This document shows positions 29,842 to 39,298 of a stretch of DNA of 40,983 nucleotides, piece by piece. Numbering within the stretch: the first letter of the stretch is position 1; the number at the start of each line of letters is the position of its first letter. The notes under the pieces are model-generated. The model was not told the DNA's origin and ran no database searches. It was given only the letters and a program-made list of their open reading frames with translations. The translations under genes were made by a program, and so were the position numbers. The DNA lies in sequence record SRR22947727_1410. The stretch is one strand, 5' to 3'.

Positions 29842-30657
29842 ATGAAGCTTGTTTTCAAGATATTAACCGTTGCACTTTCACTAACAGTGTTTGGAGTGGC
29901 ACAATCTGCGGCAGATGAAAACAAAGATAAAAAGTTAAAACAGCTAGAGGCCTTGCTCCAAACCTACATTCAAGAAAACATTTCACTTACACAAAAAGTT
30001 AACACGCTAGAGCAAAAAATCAGAGCAGCAGCAAATTTATTAAATACATCCTTAGAAAAAACGCTGGTCGACAAACCAGAGAGTCAATCATTAGGAACAG
30101 AACAAAAAACCAATGATACTCCTGTCAATTTGTCTTCAGAACAAAAATGTAAACTCGATTTGGCAAACTGTAGAAAATTTGATTTGTGCAAAACTGCGAC
30201 ATTCAGGCTAAATGGGAAAACGCAATGGAAAGTCGATCGCTACAAAATTTTTGTTGATGAGGCTAAACGAAGAGGATTTAGTTGCGGAGTAAAAACAACG
30301 AACAATGCATCTAAGAAAAAGATTTCTGTACCTACACCTGAACCAACTACAGAAAAGAAACTCAGATTTGAATGGGACAACTCATGTAAAAGTCCAGCAC
30401 GGTTGAGTAGTGCAAAAGGCTTGCTGTGGCATGGAATGACGTCTCCCGTGAGACCTGGTGTTTCGTACGATATTCAAGTTCAAGGAACGATCCAAAGTAA
30501 AAATATGAGCATAACCATCGAGAACTCAAAAATCATTATGTATCAGATTGTTACGAATACTTATGGAAATAAATACAGAGTAACCCAGAAAATTGTGTCA
30601 AAAGGTGGTGCTGGCGTCATCCAAGACAAAACATATACTTTAATAGAATGTAATTAA
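29842..30657 (+). CDS. Hypothetical exported protein with a coiled coil and a Cys-rich module
   Basis: 271 aa ORF with a Sec-type signal peptide (..AQSAA), a heptad-rich segment and CKLDLANC..LC..EAKRRGFSCGV. Confidence 0.8.
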   Translation: MKLVFKILTVALSLTVFGVAQSAADENKDKKLKQLEALLQTYIQENISLTQKVNTLEQKIRAAANLLNTSLEKTLVDKPESQSLGTEQKTNDTPVNLSSEQKCKLDLANCRKFDLCKTATFRLNGKTQWKVDRYKIFVDEAKRRGFSCGVKTTNNASKKKISVPTPEPTTEKKLRFEWDNSCKSPARLSSAKGLLWHGMTSPVRPGVSYDIQVQGTIQSKNMSITIENSKIIMYQIVTNTYGNKYRVTQKIVSKGGAGVIQDKTYTLIECN

Positions 30658-30881
30658 GGCAGTTTGCCTGATTATATATTTGATTTAAGCACAATACAGC
30701 TCAGGGTTTATTTTTCAGAAAGTAAAAACTTTTAACTTATTTAGTATGCAGCTTGGACATTATTAAGTTCATGATATCCTTCAACTTAAACGGTTAATTA
30801 CACCTTTGCCTTTGAGATAAAAGTTACTTAAATGTTACATATCTCAAAAATAGAAGCGCAAAATCAATAATTTACAACATA

Positions 30882-30902
30882 GGCACTATTGAGTGGGAAT
30901 GA
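30882..30902 (+). repeat. att direct repeat copy 3
   Basis: GGCACTATTGAGTGGGAATGA, identical to copy 2. Confidence 0.92.
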
Positions 30903-31261
30903 GCGCGGCGGTGGTCAACACCGATACGGCTGAATATTATATCTGGCGCGATGGCTTTTATGGTTGGCAACTTGTCAGGTTTGAACAACTAAGCGTCATT
31001 TAGGAGCGCATATCCCCCAGCACCGCTGAAAGGCGACATCACCATGCGGGTGCGGAACAGTTCTTTTACGTTGCGTCTGGTGTTCCGTCGATGGAACTTG
31101 ATGGGGAGATCTCCGCTCTTCATTTGCAGCAAGGCATCCATGTGAGCGCGAGCGCCTAACACCAGATCACCAACCGGCCTCGGTCTGATCTGCTGTTCAC
31201 CGTCACCTCGACCCCGCCACGTCACGTCACGTCACGTCACGTTGACAGGGTGATGATGTAA
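30899..31261 (+). pseudogene. Cupin-domain protein pseudogene
   Basis: Manual translation gives MSAAVVNTDTAEYYIWRDGFYGWQLVRFEQLSVI*ERISPSTAERRHHHAGAEQFFYVASG..QQGIHVSASA*HQITN..FTVTSTPPRH..DRVMM*. Cupin motifs are retained, with in-frame stops at 31001 (TAG) and 31157 (TAA). Confidence 0.8.
31218..31242 (+). repeat. (CACGT)5 microsatellite
   Basis: Five perfect copies read directly from the sequence. Confidence 0.9.
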
Positions 31262-31663
31262 AATACCAGTCCCTTAAGCCTGCTGGGTTAAAAAATTATA
31301 AGAGAGAAACCAGGTAAATATTAGGCTTATTTTAAGAAACCAGTTATCCCTCACCGGCAACTGGGTTTTGAGGAAATGTCCTGTGATGGCCATTTGCATA
31401 ATCGGGACGAACTTGGGGCTTGGGGCTTAGGTTGCATTTAACCAGACAGTATCTGATTGTAACCATGCTTCGCTGGCGTCCCGGTAACGGACGCATTGCC
31501 ACAAGCACAAATGCATGGCAATGCTGATTGGCTCTTAGTCACTCTAAAGCGCTTATAATCAATATCTTGTAGTTCAGTTTATGGCAGGGAATGACTATTC
31601 GCTGACAATATGCTTTGACTACTGCTGTTACCTAAATACAGAAACCTCAGAAGTAAAAATAAA

Positions 31664-32158
31664 ATGGACTTGTTGGATGTAGCGTTAATCTTTTCTATCT
31701 TATCCTGCAGTTTAGTAGGCGGATTCATTTTCACATATGCAATTGTTGTGATGCCTGGTTTATCCAGCCTTAGTGACAAAGATTTTTTAAGAGCGTTTCA
31801 GGTGACGGACGCTATAATACAAGACAACCAGCCGCTATTCATTTTCACTTGGGTAGGGTCTATGGTGGCAATGTTTATGATGATTGTCGTTTCATCTGTA
31901 CGTGTTGAACTAGCAGAAGCATGGCCAATTGTTCTAATCAGTGTTGCATATCTGGTGGGGGTGCAAGGCATAACTGAGGCATTCCATATTCCCTTAAACA
32001 ACCATATACAAAACCTTATAATCGAAGATTTGAATGATGAAACCTTGGCTGATGAACGCTTGAAATTTGAAGCAAAGTGGAATTTCTTTAATTACATTCG
32101 AACAGGAATAGCCCTTTCTGTCAGCTTTTTACTGCTCATAATATTAAGTTTACGCTAA
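31664..32158 (+). CDS. DUF1772/anthrone oxygenase-like membrane protein
   Basis: Motifs GFIFTYAIVVMPGL, HIPLNN and R..FE.KWN..N.IRT; four hydrophobic segments; AT-rich. Confidence 0.8.
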   Translation: MDLLDVALIFSILSCSLVGGFIFTYAIVVMPGLSSLSDKDFLRAFQVTDAIIQDNQPLFIFTWVGSMVAMFMMIVVSSVRVELAEAWPIVLISVAYLVGVQGITEAFHIPLNNHIQNLIIEDLNDETLADERLKFEAKWNFFNYIRTGIALSVSFLLLIILSLR

Positions 32159-32324
32159 CCAAATTTCTGTTAAGTTTATGATATTTATAAAAATATAAGA
32201 TCTAAGCGAAGGGATTTTAGCAGTTTCAGACTGATCAGAACGTACGATTTCACAGACGTTCCATTCGCCTATCCCAAAGCCAATAGATTTTGCGAAAGCA
32301 TTATGCTTGAGCACGCAAGGGGGG

Positions 32325-33071
32325 CTAGGCGGTGGTGCCACCATCAATGATAAACGATTGCCCTGTCGCGTAAGCACCATCATCAGATAACAGATAGAGA
32401 ATTAACTTTGCGATCTCATCAGGTTGACCCAATCGTTTCATGGGTTGGCGGTCCACGAACCAAGCCCGGGCCTTACTTTCATCGCCCAACTCTTCGGCCA
32501 AACTGGCTATTCTTTTTTTCAATGAGGCGCTTTCGATCGTTCCGGGACAAATCGCATTTGCCCGCACATTATCGGCCATATAATCCACGGCAACGGATTT
32601 TGTCAGCCCGATCACCGCGGCCTTTGACGCGCTATAGGCAGCGCGATAGGCAAACCCTTTCACGGATGAGGCCAAAGACGCCATATTCACAACGGACCCT
32701 CCGCCTGCCAAAATCATTTTTGGCAGGGCGGCGCGCAACACATAAAACATACTATCAACGTTGATTTGAAAAGATCTTTGCCAATCTTCATCGCTTAAAT
32801 CGGTCAGACGTCCATGATGCACCCAACCTGCCATATTAACAATCCCGTCAAATGGCTGTTGAGATGCAAAAAAACGAGTTACCGAATCTTGATCCGTCAC
32901 ATCAAGAACAGCGACGGCGCAGCCTGTTTTATTTAAAGGCAAAAGCCCTTCGTCAGATTTATCAGTAGCAAGAACCTGAGCCCCCGCGCGCGCCGAAAGC
33001 AAAGCAACGGCGGCGCCCATACCCGCGCCTGCACCGCTTACAAAAATCCTTTTACCCACCAAATCTATCAT
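32325..33071 (-). CDS. SDR family oxidoreductase (BDH2/2-keto-3-deoxy-fuconate dehydrogenase-like)
   Basis: Motifs SGAGAGMG, AGWVHHG, YSASKAAVIGLTKSVAVD, NAICPGTI and RQPMKRLG. Confidence 0.85.
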   Translation of the reverse strand: MIDLVGKRIFVSGAGAGMGAAVALLSARAGAQVLATDKSDEGLLPLNKTGCAVAVLDVTDQDSVTRFFASQQPFDGIVNMAGWVHHGRLTDLSDEDWQRSFQINVDSMFYVLRAALPKMILAGGGSVVNMASLASSVKGFAYRAAYSASKAAVIGLTKSVAVDYMADNVRANAICPGTIESASLKKRIASLAEELGDESKARAWFVDRQPMKRLGQPDEIAKLILYLLSDDGAYATGQSFIIDGGTTA

Positions 33072-33209
33072 GATTCCCTCGCATTGCCGCCAGTTTCCAG
33101 CCCCGCCAATACCACAGCCAAAAAGGCGTCTTCAGCCCGAACAGCTAGCGGCCCAAGAAGACTGGGAAAACCTCAGTCAAAAGGCGCGAAAAGGCGGTTT
33201 CACGCCGCA

Positions 33210-33986
33210 TTATCTTCCTTCAAAACGCGCGGTTCGTTTTTCCAGAAAGGCCACAACGCCTTCTTTGAAATCACGGCTATTTCCGCATTCTTTTTGAAGC
33301 TTTGCCTCTAAAGCCAGTTGCGCCTCTAAATTATTCTCGGATGAGGCACGCAGCGCAGTTTTCAAATGAGAATAAGCCAAAGTTGGCCCTTTGGCCAAAT
33401 ATTCCGCCCGCGCGCGCCAGGTGGCTTCAAACGCGTCATCTGCAACCGATTCCCAGATCAAACCCCATTCATCCGCCTGCTCTGCAGATATTTTTTCGGC
33501 AAACAACGCCGCTCCCATGGCTTTGGCAAGACCCATTGTGCGCGGCATTAGGTAGGTTCCGCCCGCGTCAGGAATGAGACCAATTTTTGTAAAGGCCTGC
33601 ATGAAATAGGAAGATTTCGAGGCAATCACCACGTCCGACGCCAAGGCAAGATTTGCACCTGCGCCCGCCGCGGCCCCGTTCAAGGCAGTTATTGTGGGAA
33701 TCCTACATTCGATTATTGCGCGCAGCATCGGTTCGTATTCATCCCTAAGCGTGCGCTCTAAGTCCAGTTGCGCGGCGTTCGCCCGATCACCCAAATCTTG
33801 CCCCGAACAAAACGCTTTTCCGCGCCCAGTCAATACGATCACCCGCGCCTGTGGGGCCAAACGCTTATACGCATCGGTGATTTCGGCGCGCATTTGGGTG
33901 TTCAGCGCGTTCATCACCTCGGGACGGTTCATAGAAACACAAGCAACCTCAGAGGACAGATGAACCTCAATCGTGTCATAATTCAT
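33210..33986 (-). CDS. Enoyl-CoA hydratase/isomerase (PaaG-like)
   Basis: Motifs NRPEVMNAL, AFCSGQDL, AAGAGANLAL and IGLIPDAGGT. Confidence 0.9.
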   Translation of the reverse strand: MNYDTIEVHLSSEVACVSMNRPEVMNALNTQMRAEITDAYKRLAPQARVIVLTGRGKAFCSGQDLGDRANAAQLDLERTLRDEYEPMLRAIIECRIPTITALNGAAAGAGANLALASDVVIASKSSYFMQAFTKIGLIPDAGGTYLMPRTMGLAKAMGAALFAEKISAEQADEWGLIWESVADDAFEATWRARAEYLAKGPTLAYSHLKTALRASSENNLEAQLALEAKLQKECGNSRDFKEGVVAFLEKRTARFEGR

Positions 33987-34035
33987 AAAAATGCCCCCTC
34001 TCTGGGTAAGTGAAAATTACCACCGCCATTTTAGT

Positions 34036-34509
34036 TCACTCCAAATTGGTTCGTTCTAAAATTTTATCTAAACGCTCTTTTTCATCCACGCTTAATGCCT
34101 TGGATGCCGCGCCGTTCACTTGTGCTTGGCGGCTCCTAATATAGGCAAAAGCGATCAACAAGGCGAGCAAAAGCATTACCGGGCCCGCAACCCATAAAAT
34201 CACGTTAGAGCCTTTGGTTTGGGGGCGCAGCAAAGCAAATTCCCCATAACGCGTAACCACAAAATCCAGCACTTCTTCGTTACTTTCGCCCAAAACCAAG
34301 CGTTCCCGCACCAACAGCCGCAAATCGCGCGCCAAAGACGCGTTGCTTTCGTCAATGCTTTCATTCTGGCACACCAAACACCTTAAATCTTTCGAAATAA
34401 CTCGCGCGCGCGCCTCTAGGGTCGGGTCGGCCAAAATTTCATCAGGCTCAACCGCATAGGCGTATCCGATCCAAAGCGAAAACGCCAAAAGCATATAAAG
34501 CAGCCTCAT
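34036..34509 (-). CDS. ccmH: Cytochrome c biogenesis protein CcmH/CycL
   Basis: Motifs LRCLVCQNESIDESNA and RYGEF. Confidence 0.93.
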   Translation of the reverse strand: MRLLYMLLAFSLWIGYAYAVEPDEILADPTLEARARVISKDLRCLVCQNESIDESNASLARDLRLLVRERLVLGESNEEVLDFVVTRYGEFALLRPQTKGSNVILWVAGPVMLLLALLIAFAYIRSRQAQVNGAASKALSVDEKERLDKILERTNLE

Positions 34510-36479
34510 TCGGCCGGAGCATTTACGGTTGAAACTGGCGTTTTACGGCGCGCCCCGGCGGCCACGCGAAAACGGCGATCCGTTAAGCTAAGCCCGCCGC
34601 CAAGGGCCATCAATAAAGCACCGGCCCAGATCCAATTGGTCAGGGGCTTGATATAAGTGCGCAGCGTCCACGCCCCATTTTCTTGCTGGTCTCCAAGCAC
34701 CAAATACACATCGCGCAAGAAGCGATAGTCAATCGCGGCTTCGGTTGTTGGCATATTGGCAACCGGGTAAAAGCGCTTTTCAGGATGCATCTTGGTGATA
34801 AACCGCCCCTTATGTTCCAGCGCCACATCTCCCCTAACGGCGCGATAATTCGGCCCATTCACATTGCTGACATCTTGTAATGTAAACGTATAGGCTCCAA
34901 CCGACCATGTTTCACCTGGCGCCACGATGCGGATGTCTTCTTGCTGCCAAACCATAAGCCCAGCCACAGCAAACATCGTTACCCCCAGCCCGCTATGGGC
35001 GACCGATTTGCCCCAATCCGAGCGCGGTAAACGCAACAGCCGGCTATAATCGCGGTCTTTTCCAAGGCGGGATAAAAGATCAGTGATTGCGCCCCCGACC
35101 ATCCACGCCCCCAGAAACAACCCAATTGGCCCCTGCAATGACTTGCCGGTTTGCAACGCCCAGATCAAACCTGCAGCGGCCAGGGCCAAACCAAATACGG
35201 GCAAAAGCCGTTTGACAGGGCGCATTACAACGCCCCGCTTCCAAGGAATCATTGCACCAATCGGCATCGCGATGCCCAAAGCGATCATGAAAGGAGTGAA
35301 CGCCAAGTTGAAAAACGGGGGTCCAACACTGAGTTTTCGATCAAACATCATCTCTGCCAAGAGCGGCCAGATCGTGCCGACAAACACAACCAAGGCCGAA
35401 ACGGCCAATAATATATTGTTCAATACCAAGGCTGTTTCACGGCTGACCATGGAAAATGCACCTCGCGCTTGCATGGCCGATGCGCGCGCGGCAAATAAGG
35501 TTAAAGCCCCGCCGATGAAAATCGCCAAAATAATCAGGATAAACACACCCCGCTCGGGGTCATTTGCAAAAGCATGCACCGATGTCAAAACGCCAGAGCG
35601 GACAATAAACGTACCAATTAGAGAAAATCCGAACGCGAGAATGGCCAAAAGAATGGTCCAGCTTTTCAAACTTTCACGCTTTTCCACCACAATCGCAGAA
35701 TGCAATAAGGCAGCGGCCAGAAGCCATGGCATAAAAGAGGCATTTTCAACTGGATCCCAAAACCAAAAGCCCCCCCAGCCCAATTCATAATAGGCCCACC
35801 AACTGCCCAAAGCGATGCCAATGGTCAGGAAAATCCAAGCGGCCAATGTCCACGGGCGCACCCAACGCGCCCAAGCGGCATCCACGCGCCCCTCAAGCAA
35901 CGCCGCAACCGCGAAAGAAAACGCCATACTCAAACCGACATAGCCCAAATATAAAAACGGCGGATGAAACGCTAATCCGGGATCTTGCAGCAATGGGTTC
36001 AAATCTTGCCCATCAAACGGCGGCACCACCAAACGCAAAAATGGATTTGACGTGAGCAAAATAAACGCAAGAAATGCCACGCTAATCGCGCCCTGAACGG
36101 CCAAGACCCGCGCCCGAAAGCTTTGTGTGAGATTGTTTCCAAACCAGCCCGCGCAAGCACCAAACAAGGCAAGAATAAGCACCCATAACAGCATTGAGCC
36201 TTCGTGGTTCCCCCAGACACCGCTAATCTTGTAGATCATCGGCTTCAACGAATGGGAATTCAGCGCCACCAAGCGCACCGTGAAATCAGAGGTGATGAAT
36301 GCGTGCATCAGAGCCAAAAAGGATCCTAGAATAAGAAAAAAATGGGCCGAAGCAGCGGGGGCGGCCAGCGCCATCAAGGCAGCGCGGCCCGTCATTGCGC
36401 CGATTAAAGGCACAACGCACTGAATACACGCAACAAAAAACGCTAGGGTCAGTGCAAAATGTCCAAGCTCACTTATCAT
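34506..36479 (-). CDS. ccmF: Heme lyase CcmF
   Basis: Motifs WGNHEGSMLLW, HPPFLYLGYVG, WAYYELGWGGFWFWDPVENAS and SVHAFA. Confidence 0.97.
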   Translation of the reverse strand: MISELGHFALTLAFFVACIQCVVPLIGAMTGRAALMALAAPAASAHFFLILGSFLALMHAFITSDFTVRLVALNSHSLKPMIYKISGVWGNHEGSMLLWVLILALFGACAGWFGNNLTQSFRARVLAVQGAISVAFLAFILLTSNPFLRLVVPPFDGQDLNPLLQDPGLAFHPPFLYLGYVGLSMAFSFAVAALLEGRVDAAWARWVRPWTLAAWIFLTIGIALGSWWAYYELGWGGFWFWDPVENASFMPWLLAAALLHSAIVVEKRESLKSWTILLAILAFGFSLIGTFIVRSGVLTSVHAFANDPERGVFILIILAIFIGGALTLFAARASAMQARGAFSMVSRETALVLNNILLAVSALVVFVGTIWPLLAEMMFDRKLSVGPPFFNLAFTPFMIALGIAMPIGAMIPWKRGVVMRPVKRLLPVFGLALAAAGLIWALQTGKSLQGPIGLFLGAWMVGGAITDLLSRLGKDRDYSRLLRLPRSDWGKSVAHSGLGVTMFAVAGLMVWQQEDIRIVAPGETWSVGAYTFTLQDVSNVNGPNYRAVRGDVALEHKGRFITKMHPEKRFYPVANMPTTEAAIDYRFLRDVYLVLGDQQENGAWTLRTYIKPLTNWIWAGALLMALGGGLSLTDRRFRVAAGARRKTPVSTVNAPAE

Positions 36480-36949
36480 AGTGCCTCTTATAAACCTGTC
36501 TCATCGGACTGACCATCTAAAAATCCAGCATCCTCATTCATGGTCAATCATCATTTTTCAAAAGATACCGACGTCACTTCACTTTGTTCTAAATCTTAAA
36601 ACAGACGCTTAACTGTCAGAAAAATAGAGCAAACCTTTTGTAAAGCAATCTGTTTCTATGCAGTATAAAAAAGCTTTTTGGGAAAGATTATCTTTTGTTG
36701 CTTAAAGGCAGGTCTAAATAAATTGTAGCCCAAGATAATGCCGCCTGGTATCAGCCAATGCGGAAATTCACCAAACCGACGGTCAAATTCCAAGATCCAA
36801 ATAGTTCAGCAGATGCAGCGGTTGAAGCTTTCGTTTTTAACCGGTTCACACCAGCCCCGTTTGTCTTTATTGGGAACTGTTTTGAATATGAAACTTCTTT
36901 GCAACAAAGTTTCTGAAAAAACCAGAAACAGCGCCGACCTATCACAAGA

Positions 36950-37393
36950 TCAATCCGAAGTTTCTTGATAGACACCCTGCTCTTTCAAGGCATCTACAAC
37001 TTCTTTTGGCATGTAGTTTTCGTCATGTTTAGCTAAAATTTCAGCGGCTTGAAAGACATTATCAATGTATTTTCCTGTGCCGATCATTCCCTGGTTTTCA
37101 TCAAATAAATCCGGTAAAACGCCTTCATAGGTAACGGGCACGATAGCGGCGCCATCAGTTACGTTAAAACTAATCACAGAGCCGACCCCGCGTTGCAATG
37201 ATCCTTCCTCAACCAAGCCACCGATGCGGAAGGTTTCGCTGGCATCTGGCGGATCCGCCAAAACTTCACTGGGGGATTTGAAGAAATTGATACCATCGCG
37301 CATGGCATAGCCGATCAAAGCTGTTGCAAGCGCAAGCGCCAAAAAAGAAATAATAATAATCTGAATACGCCGCGTCTTCTTCAAGCTTTTCAT
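36950..37393 (-). CDS. ccmE: Heme chaperone CcmE
   Basis: Motifs RIGGLV, LPDLFDE and LAKHDENYMP. Confidence 0.96.
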   Translation of the reverse strand: MKSLKKTRRIQIIIISFLALALATALIGYAMRDGINFFKSPSEVLADPPDASETFRIGGLVEEGSLQRGVGSVISFNVTDGAAIVPVTYEGVLPDLFDENQGMIGTGKYIDNVFQAAEILAKHDENYMPKEVVDALKEQGVYQETSD

Positions 37394-37408
37394 AAATTCA
37401 ACCTGTAT

Positions 37409-38437
37409 CTAGGGAAACAGCGGTACGTGCATCAAGCCGGCTGTTTCTTCCAAACCCAACATCAGATTGGCATTTTGAACGGCCTGCCCGCTGCTGCCTT
37501 TGGTAAGATTGTCTAACGCCGCAATAACAATGCTGCGGCCTTCAATCCGATCCCCTGACACGCCAATATGCACGAAATTTGATCCACGCACATCATGCGT
37601 GCTGGGCGTTTGCCCAAAGTCTAACATCTGAATGAAGGGTTCATTTTCATAACTTTCCTTTAAACTTTGGAACACATTTTCAGCAGAGCCTTTTACATAG
37701 GCCGTGGCAAGAATACCCCGATTTACAGGCATCAAATGCGGGGTGAATTGAATGTGTACGGGCCGACCAGCCAATTCCGAAAACTCCTGATCAAACTCCC
37801 CCAGATGACGGTGCGTGCCGCCAACCGCATAAGCATTATACCCCTCTGACAACTCAGCATGCAGCAGGTTTTGTTTTAGCGCGCGCCCAGCCCCCGAAAC
37901 GGCGCATTTCATATCCAAAATTATATCATCAAGATCGATCACGCGGTCTTTAATCAGAGGCCGTAAAATATATTGCCCCGTCGCCGCGTTGCATCCGGTT
38001 CCAGCCACCAAGCGCGCGGTGCGGATATCTGCGCGATAAAACTCAGTCAAACCATACACCGCATCTGGCTGTAAATCAGGTGCAAGATGTTTACTATTAT
38101 ACCATTGCTCATACGCCTGCGGATCGCGCAATCTAAAATCTGCGCTAAGATCAATCACTTTCAAAAAGGCTGGCAGCTTTGCGATCACATCTTGCGAGGT
38201 CTGGTGCGGCAAAGCGCAAAAGCATAAATCGATCCCTTGAAAATCAACTTTGTCGATTGTCACCAAGTTAGGTAAATCAAGATGGCGCAGATGCGGAAAG
38301 ACCTGACGCATTGATTGCCCGGCCTTGCTATTGGCCACAAGGGCTTTAATCTCAAGATTAGGATGCGAGGCGATCAATCTGATCAGCTCTGCTCCGGTGT
38401 AGCCTGAAGCCCCAATTATGGCGATTTTATATATCAT
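37409..38437 (-). CDS. argC: N-acetyl-gamma-glutamyl-phosphate reductase
   Basis: Motifs [28 protein letters not shown] and [14 protein letters not shown]. Confidence 0.96.
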   Translation of the reverse strand: MIYKIAIIGASGYTGAELIRLIASHPNLEIKALVANSKAGQSMRQVFPHLRHLDLPNLVTIDKVDFQGIDLCFCALPHQTSQDVIAKLPAFLKVIDLSADFRLRDPQAYEQWYNSKHLAPDLQPDAVYGLTEFYRADIRTARLVAGTGCNAATGQYILRPLIKDRVIDLDDIILDMKCAVSGAGRALKQNLLHAELSEGYNAYAVGGTHRHLGEFDQEFSELAGRPVHIQFTPHLMPVNRGILATAYVKGSAENVFQSLKESYENEPFIQMLDFGQTPSTHDVRGSNFVHIGVSGDRIEGRSIVIAALDNLTKGSSGQAVQNANLMLGLEETAGLMHVPLFP

Positions 38438-38471
38438 ATCCGCTCCTCATTAGCGCCAACGCTTGGTCAGC

Positions 38472-39284
38472 TCAAGCGGCTTCAAAAATTATTTTCCGCC
38501 TTAAAAACTGCGTCGCTCGATCTGAAACAAGGCCAGGTTCACCCGTGGTTAAAAATTTTGTTTCCGATCCATGGCCCAATTTATCGGGATGACGATACAG
38601 ATAATCCTGCAGGCTCTCCGCCACCAGCTCAGCTTGTGAATATACTGTCACATTTTCGCCGAGTGCATTTTGGAAAATTGTATCCATCAAAGGATAATGC
38701 GTGCAGCCCAAAATCGCGGCATCCGGGGTGGGCATTTTGCGCATCAAGGCTTGAACATGGCTGCGCACCAGCGCCTCGGCAAGGATCAGATCGCCATCTT
38801 CAATCGCATCAACAACGCCGCCACAAGATTGCGCCTCTACGTCGACACCAATCGCTCGAAAGGCCAATTCGCGCTGGAAGGCCCGGCTTGCGACCGTGGC
38901 CGGCGTTGCAAACAGCGCGACATTTTTAACCGTAACCTGTCGAGGAGGCGAATTATCCCCCCATTGACGCTCAGTCAAAGCCTCAATCAAAGGCACAAAA
39001 ACCCCTAAAACGCGCTTATGTTCGGGCAACCCGGCCTCTTGCATACGCCTAAGCGCCGCGGCTGAGGCCGTATTGCAGGCCAAGATGACCAAATCACAGC
39101 CCTCTTGCCAGAGCCTTTCAACCGCGCGCGTTGTCAAATTGTAAACATCCTCGGCATCGCGCACCCCGTAAGGCGCCATCGCATTATCACCCATATAGAC
39201 CAAGGGAAGCGCGGGAAGTTTCTTGCGGATTGCATCCAACACGGTAAGACCACCCAGACCGGAATCAAATATGCCTATTGCCAT
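38472..39284 (-). CDS. murI: Glutamate racemase
   Basis: Motifs [17 protein letters not shown] and LGCTHYP. Confidence 0.95.
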   Translation of the reverse strand: MAIGIFDSGLGGLTVLDAIRKKLPALPLVYMGDNAMAPYGVRDAEDVYNLTTRAVERLWQEGCDLVILACNTASAAALRRMQEAGLPEHKRVLGVFVPLIEALTERQWGDNSPPRQVTVKNVALFATPATVASRAFQRELAFRAIGVDVEAQSCGGVVDAIEDGDLILAEALVRSHVQALMRKMPTPDAAILGCTHYPLMDTIFQNALGENVTVYSQAELVAESLQDYLYRHPDKLGHGSETKFLTTGEPGLVSDRATQFLRRKIIFEAA

Positions 39285-39298
39285 CCTTTTCGCTCCCC

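Larger units (their letters stand above)
29561..30902. mobile_element. Integrase-less single-gene cassette 2 (1342 bp)
   Basis: AT-rich and bounded by identical 21-bp repeats, with end motifs at the same offsets as in cassette 1. Confidence 0.8.

Noticed and set aside
28428-30902. Three 21-bp direct repeats considered as a CRISPR array
   Set aside because: The intervals exceed 1 kb and contain genes, the repeat is the guaA 3' end, and there are no cas genes.
31001-31003. In-frame TAG considered as pyrrolysine or readthrough recoding, given the nearby MttB gene
   Set aside because: A second stop (TAA at 31157) follows, the MttB is non-Pyl, and no pyl genes are visible.
30989-31225. 78-aa minus-strand ORF in the track
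   Set aside because: It is the antisense shadow of the cupin pseudogene.
31493-31524. Inverted repeat GCATTGCCA-N14-TGGCAATGC
   Set aside because: It is a single copy with no U tract or recognisable RNA family, so no function can be assigned.
35083-35790. 235-aa plus-strand ORF
   Set aside because: It is the antisense shadow of ccmF.
36738-36975. Two opposing ORFs of about 75 aa next to ccmE
   Set aside because: Neither has a recognisable RBS or motif, and they overlap each other and the ccmE end.
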